Origin: Phoronis australis
Taxonomy: Eukaryota > Animalia > Phoronida
DNA: 64,000 nt
Reading direction: 5' to 3'
NCBI GenBank assembly: GCA_002633005.1
Contig: NMRA01000385.1
Span: forward strand, 313,839-377,838
Part shown: piece by piece, positions 24,301 through 36,300 of the stretch
Numbering within the stretch: position 1 is the stretch's first letter
How the letters are laid out: every line of letters begins with the position of its first letter
Made by a program: the position numbers and the translations under genes
Notes under the pieces: model-generated
What the model was told of the DNA's origin: nothing
The model's input: only the letters and a program-made list of their open reading frames with translations
The model's database searches: none

Positions 24301-27300
24301 GTAAAAGGTAAGACAAAAGTGGGCCTCAATTCTGAATTACTTTTCGTCAATTTTTACCGGAGGTACTCACCCCATAAGACAATCAGGTTAACCACAGGGC
24401 CATAGAAAGGAGCCAGTTCCACCTACCAATTCAACTGTGGCGCCAACTTGCCTTCCTACAAGTTACTCTCCTAGCCTGCTATGGCCTTTATCCACATTGA
24501 AGTAAAGAGTATTTTACAATCTGCAGTAACACTGTCTTTTGAAACAATTCGGGTGAGCCTCGTAAAAATGTAAGTGATATGGGCACAATTTTGTTTTATT
24601 TCATGTTCATGAGATATACAAATCAACGTTTAACGGTTTTTTGGAATTAAAATTTTTCACAAAATTGCTCATTTTTGGTCAGTTGCAATGTTCCTATAGA
24701 ACACAAATATAAGGATGTGATGAAAATTGCTTGAACATTGGTTTTTTGTTATTAGTTAGTGAAGTATTGGCACCTTTCATTTATTCATACAAATGACACT
24801 GTTCAAGGCAAAATGTGTTTTCATAATGTTTTGCTTAAAATATGCTTCGTTAACGAATACATTTTTTGAAGTGGCTGGGTAATATATACGCCGATAGAAC
24901 TCTCTTAGTGGTTTGATAAAGGCTGACGCAGTTCTGTTGAATAGCACCATTATCATATCTATTGTATGTGCTGCAAAAGTATTGACATCAAATAATTACT
25001 AATTGTGTTAGGCAACTGCTGGCATAAATTACAATTAGAAGAACTGCACTAAATCCTTTTATTTTCCTTTCATCCAAGGATTGTTTATTCTGACTGGTGC
25101 CTGTGGTGTATGTGCAATCTGCATCTCCCACGGGTAAACCAGGAATGGCATTCTCTTTATGTGGTTGGTTAAACAGTTGTTGTTTACAGCACCATGAGAG
25201 CTTTTTAAAAATGGATTAGGAATACTTATCAAGTCAGACTAGAAAAAGTAAATTGCCAGGTGAAAGTGCTCATGGAATGTATTTGTATACTCAGAGTTGA
25301 CTTGTTCACCACTGGAGTCGTTGGATGATGAAAAGTCATCAAAATTATCATCAAAAGTATAGTTGCTCCCTGAATGTCTACACAAAATCCTGTGTGTTTA
25401 CATGTCCACTTACATTGAAAAATTTGATAGCTGACTCGCACTGATATATCATTGTTACGCAATTGTTCTGAGCACAGATGTATTGATATATCTTCACAGA
25501 AGTGACTTCTTTCAAATTTGTGCAGTACTGTGACTCATTTTACAGACATTTCCAGCCACTATCACACACGTTGTTGGGTACTAGGAAGAATGATTCAGGG
25601 ACATCTGTATGAACAAAATTTAAAAATTAAATGAAATTAGAATTGCAGGAAATTGAATTCAAAGATAATGGGGCAAAAACTGTATTTCGAGTTTTTACTG
25701 TTTTTGAACTTGTTGATTTTTACCAATTCCATTTATAAACATAGTGCATATTGTCCCCTTTGCAGGTATAAACTGCCACCTAGAAGTCGATGAGTGCGCC
25801 TCTAATCCATGCCCCAGTTACCACAAGTGTATTGATCACCTCGCCTACTACGAATGTGTATTTGAGAGAGGTGCAGCAGACGCCACCATCTCAGCCATCT
25901 TGACTGGTGTTGGCGCTGGTGTTGGCGTTCTTGGTGTTATCCTCCTTGTGGTCATTATCGTTGTCACCGTTGCTTTATGTCGCAGACGGTATGTAATTCT
26001 TTTGAAAGCTTTCCTGTTTCACTGTAGCGCAAACTTGATGTTGTTTTAATGTTATGAATTTTATTTCTTGCAAAAGTTGCCGGCAAGAATTTCCATCACT
26101 TATTATATGGATAGCAGTGATTGATCATATACAGATCAGATGGGCTCAAAAGTTCACAATGTGCAACCCATTCAAATTTCACTGCTTTTCAAGAATGCTA
26201 ACCTCAAATGTTTGTGTGTTGTGTTGATTTTTTACTAAAAAATTAATTGCATTCTTGGTAACAAAGAGTGGGTGATCTGACTCGACGTGGAATCAAGCCA
26301 GGCTGATGGACACGGTGGGGTTGGGCAGGGAGACGGTTTCTTATTCACTTCTTGGCATTGCTATTAGAAATTGACATTATAGGCAGACACACAATATACC
26401 AGTGCAACAATCCTTGATACTTGTGTCTATCTTCTTCAGGAAAACCAGGGCAGTATGTGGAGACAATATTTAACCTTTTATCATCTCGGATTTTGAGTTG
26501 ATTTTGTTTGGCGATAACTGTGGATCATTGAAATAGTAAAACATTGGTTTGGTGCTACGTATTTTTTGTTTGTCCTGAATTGGTGAGATTTTACCAGCTT
26601 CCTGTGTGATTTACTTACCTATAACTTCCCAAAGACTTTTTGTGTATGTTTCATCAATGGTGCACTCGTGATCCAATGTGTGCGGTGCCCCCTGAGAATA
26701 GATTCCTGCTGTGTTTGTTTTAGGCAAATTCCGAGGAAAGTCGAAGACTGTACGAAATTATCCGAGAGTGATTCGTAAGTAGTCTCAGTCAACAGTTTTC
26801 ATGTAAAAGATGTTAAATTATGCTCTTCCCTTTAAGATATAGCTATCATTTCCCATTAGCTAGCAAGGATTTTGGGTGGATTTTTACTAACTGAAATTGG
26901 CTTTTTTCTCTTTTCTTAAATACCTGCTGTTAGGTTAACATTTTAACAAGTTTGTGGACAAATTTGAGATATTAAGTAAATTTTTCTTCCCTGTAGTGTT
27001 TAAGTTTATTACCATATTCACTCAGGTTAACCCCCATATCTGGCTTGATGTCCACATTACTTTTAATGATCATGCTCGACTCAATGCTTTTTGAGAAGTG
27101 CCTATGTCTTTGTGAATGCCTGTTTCACAAAAATAGCTCCCAAAAAGTATGCAATTTTATTTCCTTTGAGTAACAAACAGTCAGTCTCAGTGGCACCTTG
27201 TGGGAATAGTCACTCTTTACTGTAGGGTATATGAAATGGTTCTATGTTTCGGCTAATGTGCATTTTGTTAATTGTACTTACACACGACTGCAAAAAATGA

Positions 27301-30300
27301 AGAAGGTACTTGGGGGAACAAATTTATTGTTCTGGTAATAGCCGCATCTAACTTCTCATAAAAATGTGTTTAATTACCCATTCTTGATTAACTTATCACC
27401 TGTGAGTTTTTGTTTTCCTAAGTTAAATAGCCTGAGCATTAGCTCAGACGAGTATGTTAATTATTTATGCCATAATCACTTTGACTAAAGTCTGTGGTCA
27501 AAGAGGCCGAACATGAGCATTTTCAAAATCTGAAACTGGAATTTCCTCAGCAAAAGGGTTATTTTTGTCATTATGTACTTAAGAAGAAATTGTGACTTAT
27601 ACTAACAATATTTGTGGCTTTACATGGAGTGCAGAACAGCTTTGCTCTTAGATTATTGCATCAGATATTCTACGTGTTGAAAAAATTTAGCATCTCTTTA
27701 AGGAAGACCGGATGGCTGATTTGAGGGTGGCGACATAAAACAACACCAGTATTTGTATGGTGTTGCCCTATTACTTTCACATTATTTAAAATCGCTGTTA
27801 CCTAAACCAAACCACTCACACCTATCTTGTTTGCTGTCTCTTTCTGCCAGTCTGTGCTTTACCTTTTTGTAGTTCAAGAACAAACTAATCCAAAAAGGAC
27901 TGTAGGAGCACTCATGGAAACTGTCTTTTCTGACTAATTAGGAAAGGAAACTTGGGATATTTCAAAAATACTCATAATTGTGCATTCATGTTCATGTATG
28001 TGGGTGCATTATGCAGTCACCTCTCTCTGTCTGGCATGTATCCGGTGTCCGGCATTGGCGGATGTATCTTAGTAAGCTCCTGGTTGGATGTTCATGCAAT
28101 TTTCCAGATATGCTGCTATCATGGATGGGACAGCATGAGCAAATTTTTAAACAGATCCTTAGTGGTGTGCCCCCTAGTGACAATTTATTTTTTTGGTCCG
28201 GCATCTGCTGGTGTGTCTTCCAAAGCTTCTGGATGGATATGCATGTAGTTTTGTAGATTTGCTCCTAACGTGGATAGGACGGCATAAGAGAATTTTTGAA
28301 CAGATCCTACCACCGGTGTGCCTCCTACTGACAATTTTAGTTTTTGGAGTTCCTTAAGGAATTTTCATGAAATCTGGCAGATAAGCATCTATTAGGGAGA
28401 TGATGGCACTTTTCCGTATTCGAATGGAATTGACATGTTTTGTACAACTTAGTGGCCATTTTTACTCTTTTCGAGTCTACTTCCCAGACAAACAACTCTG
28501 CCAATTGTTATGGAAATTAGCATGTGTGTTCCTACTCAAGAAAACGGCTGATGATTATTTTCGTACAACTCTGACTGCTGTGGGATTTCCTGATGGCAAT
28601 TTTGTAGTTTTTGCATCCATGGTTGTGTCTCCTAAACACTCCATATGACCCTTGTTCAATTTGGCAAATTAGTGTATTTCTATGAACATTATAGCAGATG
28701 ACGGCTTTCGGAGAAATTCAGCTACAACTGTGCCGCCTAGTGGCAATTTTATTTTTGTGTCCATTTCCTCTGTATCTTTGTACGTGTTCCATGACAGATT
28801 TTCACTAAATTTGGCAAGATTCTAAAGAGGCAATAGCACCTTGTTTTCAGATGGAAATGACAAGGTGTCATTTATTTGGCATCTGCCACTTCATTGGCCA
28901 AGAGACTAAAAGGATAGTTATGAAAATTGGCATATAATTTTGTTCCCATTTAGATGAGCATGCATAATGTGAAATGTTCGTGATAGAATCTCAGAGGTTA
29001 TAGGGACTATAAACTTAACACGCTTCTATTAGCGATTTCAATAGTTTATTACCCATTGGAGGTGTAGGAGCAATAAACATGGTAATTACGTCTGGTCTGG
29101 CAATGGAACATAACGCCATCAGGTAATATCTGTAGACGTGAAATCGCATGTTACCAGCTAAACAAAGGTTTGTGGTTTTCTCAGGAATGTCCACTGACTG
29201 GAAAATGAAGCGAGGTTTTTCTATCACTGACCAAAATGTATTATGTGGCTGACAATAGTGTTTTATATGGCTTCGAGTATTGTGGCCCCTAGCGGCAGTT
29301 TTGATTTTTTGTACAGCTTTGTCTCCTAAGCCACTGCAGGATTTTTGTGAAATATGGCAAGAACATTTCGATGAACATCAGGCAATGTATGACAGCTTAC
29401 TTTCAAACTACGTGACTACCTTCGTTTGTGTCCCCTAGTGGCAATTTCTGCAGTTTTGCCTTAATCTTGTTTTTGATAGAAAACATAGTTTCTGTGAAAT
29501 TAGTATGTTTCTTGTGGGTGAAACTGGTTGTTATATCAGCGGTATCAGACTACGTTATTCCGGATTGGCAAACACTTTGCTTTTCCTTCAGAAGTATTTG
29601 TTTTCTGCAGTTTTGTAACCAAGACATGCAGGTCAAGTGAAACCTTACACCACAAGAGAATTCAGCAGTTAATGTGTAATGTTGTTTGTCTTAGATTCTG
29701 TCTTCTGTGTCAACTTTATAGCTCATGACCGCGTTTTAATACCCGTTTCTCCCAACTTGTTCATTTCCATAGCCCATCAATAAGTTGGGAAGATGAACCC
29801 TGCTTACACGACTGATTAACTCTATTATGGCATTTATGGTTGGAGGGTCAGCTCTCTTTTTTTCGATAATTGCTCTAATCTCAGATCAGATCATATCTAG
29901 CCTGTTTGGGCTGTGGTGCTAAAAATGAAAGTTAAGTCATATTATATTTGAACATAAACCAATAGCATTTCTGAATTCCTCGTCAAATGCTGACCATGTT
30001 TATTTTTGAATCACCAGAATCTCCCAACTACAAGGAAGTTAGGACTATCTATTTTGTCCAAACATATTACCAACGCATTGGTGTTGATGAAAACCTCTAC
30101 CCGGTGTAGAAAATAGTTCTGCCAGGTTTCAGTAACCCTTTGAAGCATGGGATATAACTGGCCTTTATGTTGTCCTACGGGACAAAAGACTGTGTTGAGC
30201 AGTTATCAAAGGAGCCAGATGTTACACACGCTCACAACCCCTCGCATCTGGAAAAGTTACTGAATGGCAGAATGACATGATAATGTTTCATAATATTTTA

Positions 30301-33300
30301 ACTACTGGGCAGGTTCTCCCAACAATGTAAGAAGATCATTAAAAATCAGAAACGGACAATTTTGACAATTAATTTGTAAGAAATTATAAAATTTAATAGT
30401 AATTAATTGTATTTAACAGGAATTCTTCTGGGAGCAGCACTGTGTCCTTGACTCGCATTGACGAGAAGGGAAACATCATCAAGGCAGAGAGCACAATGAG
30501 TGCCGTAACCACCAAAAGGTTGTCGCTGCATGAGATCGAAGGTTACGCCAACAAAAGTTACGAGGACAACATGATTGGTACATCATCACGTGCCACGACG
30601 AAAATGGGAGGAGGCAGTGGCCGCATGAGTCTGCAGAAGAAAGACAAAATGTGAGTATTGCCAGTGCTAAAAGTTGACAGTTGTCTACTTAAGGATTTCA
30701 TTGGTGTTCTTATGTGGGCTCAAATGGGAGACTCATGCACTGTTTGATGGGTTGTGCTCAGGCTGAATGGATTTCATTTTTCCCCGCCATGCACAGAACA
30801 GGGGAACTAGCAGAGGGCTTCGGCTACACGTTCAACGCGAACGTGCGAGTTACCAGAGGTCACATCGTCAGAAGAGGGGTGTGGGTGCAGGAAATATATG
30901 GCGATCTTGAGGATAGGGTAAAACCTAAAATCGGAGTCATAATTTTATTCTACTTCTGGTAAAAACAATCAGTACAAAGCTTCAGCTACCCGTTAAACCA
31001 GAACACGAATGTGTGAAGCAGGCATCCTTTGCTTACTATGTCACAATGTTGACCTACATTTTTGCGTGCAGTCTTGTCACATGGACGTTAACAACATGGA
31101 GAAGGATGATCTCCTGTAAGTGCACAACATGAGTTTCAGTTGACGATTTATAGTAAAAGAGTGTTTCATTTTTATGCAGGTGTGACTATTGCTTGCACGT
31201 CCCGTTCTGGTGTCAGTATTGCCTGCACCTCTTCCCTGCCCTAGTCTGTTTTCCCTCACTCCCCCCCCCACTCACCTCCCGGGTGTCAGCATTGCCTGCC
31301 TTCCCAATTAACACCAACCCCTTCATATCCGTACATTGTTAGTCTCATTGGTAGTTTATTTTGTATTATTCGGTTACCTTACTAGTCCGTATCTACTCCC
31401 TGTTAGCCATTTTGTTAGGCATCTGGCTGTATTTTGTGTTCATTTATCTTTACCTTGTTACTGTACCTCCTTTAGTAAACTGTTGTTAGCTTTATTTCTA
31501 TTATGTTAGCTATTTTGATTCTATTGTTCATTGTCTTTTATTTTTTAGTTTCTCTTGCGTTTCATTTGCATTTCCGTATCACTCCTTCATTGTTTCTCGG
31601 TTTTCACTAATTTTCATTTTCTAGCTTACCTTTGCGTTTGTTGTGTCATATTTTTGTTCTTTAGCACCTTTTTTGTCTCAATATCCATTTCTTCCTGCCA
31701 CAACATGGGGTGAGACAACTCCAGCACCTGTTCCAGCCCTGGGCAATCATACCCCCTCTGGTTTCGCACCTGGAGTTAGGGTTAGGTATCCGGCTGAGAG
31801 CACTTGTAAGCAGTCCTGCACATCTTTCCTTTCATTTATCTCCTTTCGTGTGTCGCTGTGGATGGGTATAAGCTGTCTTACAACATCTCTTGTGGCGCTT
31901 TTTTATTGCCCATCTTACCAGAGATTACCATTTTTATGTTACTTATCTGAATTCGTTATATTGTAATTGTATTAGTCATAATAAATGACCTTATATCGCC
32001 TACCTTGGTCTCCTTTTCATCTCTGGTAACAAGCTTGTGACGCACATATCATTTATCTATCATTAGGGACATATGTTGATCATAAATGGTATTTTACTTG
32101 TTAAATATATTTATGTGAGCATATGGACCCGCTTTACTCCTTTCCCCCTCATGTCGGTCTAGTCCATTTCTCCTTTGTGTAGGACTACACGTCATTTTCC
32201 CAACCTTCGTATTGGTCTGTTGTTATCACGTGCCTCGAGTTTGTTCAGCTCTTGGCTCTCATAGGCTGATGATTGCCATGTGTCCTTAGGCATTTTTCTA
32301 TGTTATTGTAACCTCGCTTTCAGTTCACCTTTGTTCAGGCAACGTTCCTAAACTTATTAATTTTTCCCACCCTCTTCCTCCCAGTTTTCGTCATTCTCTC
32401 ATTCTTCCACGTGGCCGGTGCTTTTTTATTGCCCATCTTACCAGAGATTACCATTTTTATGTTACTTATCTGCATTCATTGTAATGTATTAGTCATAATA
32501 AGTGACCTTATATTGCCTATCTCGGTCTCCTTTTCCCGTCTGGTAAAGAGCTTGCAATGTAGTCACGTATCATTTATCTAATTTTATTCGGGACATGTGT
32601 CTATGATAAATGCAACTTTTCAATGTTTTTAAACATTTAGCTTTCCAAGAGATGATGCAGCTTAGTGCATGTGTCTTACTTGGTTGATTTTTTGGAATGT
32701 GACCCTTGTTCTGAGGCCCTCGTTGTGCTGCTGATGTTTCTCAGAAAAGCCACAATTATCAGGTGGCAATGGTCGACACAGAAAAATATACTCAATGTTT
32801 CATGTCATAACAACTTAATTTTGATAATATTTCATGAAAGCAAATGTATGTAGGTGGGGCAACTCCAGTAACCACTCAATTTTGGTAACATTACGGCGTT
32901 TTTCCATTGAACGGGAGAACACCATCATGACCATGATATCTTTTTCAAGGTCATAGGGAGATTTGTTGAATCTACATCACATCATGCATCACATGAAAAA
33001 TCATTTTAACGTGAAATTTTTTCATTTGAAAATCTGGGGATATTTAGAGTGATTGTGTTCAGATGTAGTGGAAACAAAGCTTTCAACAATTTTCACCTTA
33101 CTTTTCTTTATACAAAAATATTATCCATATTATTATGACCTTAAAAATGTACCCATCCCGAGGCTTGAGACAGTTTTGTCACCTTGTAACAAAGGCTTGT
33201 TGTCATTTGAATACAGTGGAAACAGAAATTGGGAGGTGTTTCATAATATTCTATATTGAAAGCTAGTAAGATCACATGCTTTGCTTGAATTACATATCCA

Positions 33301-36300
33301 TATATCATGACAAGTTACGTTATCTCATCCTCATTAATAAGCTGGCTTTGCGTAAGGCAGCCTTATTCACTGTGGGCTCAGGAACAGTTCCATGCGATTA
33401 TATTGAATGCATGGAAGTATGCATGTGGGTCTGTCTTACTTGATCCCCACTCATCAACCCTAATCTCGCCTCCAACAGTCCCGTTTTACCTCCATCTGCC
33501 CCGTCCCCCATCACCTCCAGTTTTACTCTCCACCCCTTCTCACTCATTTTTTTTCAACACAAATCTGGCTTCCTATTCAAACTATGGTGTTGTAACGGTA
33601 TACGGTAAAGTCGCGTGATTTTCGGACGGCCCGCCATTTTCGACCAAGAATAAATATTTCCGAAATGAGTTTTTCATGGTCCACGAAATTCGTACAAGGT
33701 CCAAAAACTGTTTTTCAATGATCCTCGAATTTCGGACAATGTTATAAACGTCGGATTTTTGTCCCGCGACTTTCGGACAAGGAAAATTTTAGAAACGCTA
33801 ATTTAGGATCGACGCAACTCCCGTGTCACTAAAGCGTTCAACGGATGATTATTACTCGATAAGGCTTGAATCTGAGAATTGGGGTAACGGGCTTTGTAAT
33901 TTTTACCTTGTCTTGACGATGTCATGACCGTTACTCGATTGTCTTGCGTTTAGCTTGAGTTTGGCGCTTTAGCTATGAAAAAAGTCACCGAGTCTCGCAT
34001 GACGAAAATTTCTGATGAAAATACAAATGGGAAATACACGGAAGGCTGCAGTTTTTCGTTGTAGCGTAACATGTGCTCTGGTTTAATTAGACCGTGTTGT
34101 TCAACTTCCGACTGTGACATTGAACTTGCACGCCTCAACTTGCGTGTTTACGAAGCGTTTTTATTTTTAAAACGTCCTGGCCTTTGCAAATGCCCTTGTT
34201 AGTGGCTAAAATCTCCCGACGACGTGTCTGGATTTTATTCTTGACGTGATGAGAAATATTTTTTGTTTAGGCCCCCATACACAATAGGTCACAGCTAAGT
34301 ATGTCCGTAGGATATCGCGCGTTCAAAGTAGTGTAGATAGTGAACAGCAGCAGCCGAATGAGACGGAGCCAAAGTAAAACTGGTTAAAAATCAAACATAG
34401 CGCAAGGCCCAGCACTCAGAAAGGGGCGCGGCGCACACGCAATTGTTACAGAGACATTGCATCCCTGTCCTATGTTGTGTAAGTGCCGGTGTGCTATAAC
34501 ACATATCAAAAACTAATGTACATCCACGTAACCACGTTTCACTACCCTTACAAATTGTCTGTTGCTCTCTGATAAGCATCGCAGATGCAAGAATCTCGCT
34601 AAAGAAGATAGTGTGATCGTGTGCTTCGTTTGCAATGCCTCACCATACGTCTCGACGTCTTAAGTCTAGCGTGTTCGTGAGATTCTCACCCTTGCGCCCC
34701 CGATCGCAGACTAGGGTAGAGTTCAGTAGCTGTCTTGGGAAATACAAAAATCTAGCCAAAATCACGCTTTCAATTAAAAAACACAATACATCACGTAATT
34801 TCATGAATTCGTGCTTTTTAGCGAAGTTCTAGCGTTACGAGCTTAACCCCAGATGTAAACCTAAAAAGATTNNNNNNNNNNNNNNNNNNNNNNNNNNNNN
34901 NNNNNNNNNNNNNNNNNNNNNNNNNNNNNNNNNNNNNNNNNNNNNNNNNNNNNNNNNNNNNNNNNNNNNNNNNNNNNNNNNNNNNNNNNNNNNNNNNNNN
35001 NNNNNNNNNNNNNNNNNNNNNNNNNNNNGTCTTTATGCGTCGACGGCGCACATTTCTTATTGGGAAAGCCAGATTTTCAAAAATTAATCGCTCAGACCAT
35101 TTGAGTCTCATTTACCTGCAATTATACTGCTATCAAATGACCGAGCCAGCATTGTTGATACTACGACCGCTAATCGAAATAATGTACACCCACGAAATTC
35201 GGACACTAGCGGAAACCCAAATTTGGAGGTCCGCCAAATTCGGACACCACAAAATGATATTTCGCGAGATTCGTCCAAGAATGAATTTTTTCTATTGGAA
35301 TTAATTTTCAGTGTCCGAAAATCACGCGACTTTACCGTACGTCTTGGGCCTTGTAACAGCACAGTCTTTGTAATAAGCTTGTACCAGCTATGTAATATTT
35401 TTTCAGTCTTGTACTTTCTATTCCATTGGTGTGTGTTTATAGCTAAAAGGTTCACCAGAGGTGGTTATGTTAACTGTTTAGTGATATTGGGGCTTACGTA
35501 TTGATTTAGATGTGCCTGGCTGTGTTTTGTCTTCAGTGATAACTGTATTGTCTCAATGAAGTGTTTTGACTTGAATTGCTAAAAACTAAGCCATGTTTAT
35601 TACTAAATGATCATGGTCATTCCACGTGAGATTGCAAGTCCTTAAGTCTGGTGTACTGCTAAAGTTCTGGGCTCCGCCCCCATGATGATCACAGGTTTTG
35701 GGTCTGAAAACCAATATATTAACCTTTGTGACTTGTATAAGGAGACACACTGAGCTAAAGGGGTGAAAATCACTACAAGGGAAGACTGGTTACCAGTTTC
35801 TTTCCTTTTGTGGTTTTTACAATTCAGTTAGTTTATTCGTTATTTTAAGTCAGTTTTACGACTACTCTTCAGAATGACAAATGACTGCATCACATGAAGA
35901 ACAGCATCAGATTTAAGTAAGATTAAATTAAAAAGACTTTAAAAAATTAGAGGCCTAAAAGAAATTAAATTAAGACCAATTATGTTAAGGCTCGATGTCA
36001 GAATATAGTCTGACAGTATTTGTAGTTGTATTGTTTTGTTTTGTTATTTTGTTTGATTGGCATGACCCCTGAGTTAAGTACAGTGATGATGTAATTTGTT
36101 TACTACAACATAGTGTGGAACTTTCTAGAAGACTGAGGTCAGAACAGTGATGATGTAATTTGTTTACTACAGTATAGTGTGGAACTTTCTAGAAGACTCA
36201 AGCATGACAGTGATTAATGCAGTCTGGAATATTCTAGAGACTAGTATATGTTTGTAGAATGATTGGGTAGATTCAGGAAAGTTCTAGAATGTGCTTGAAT

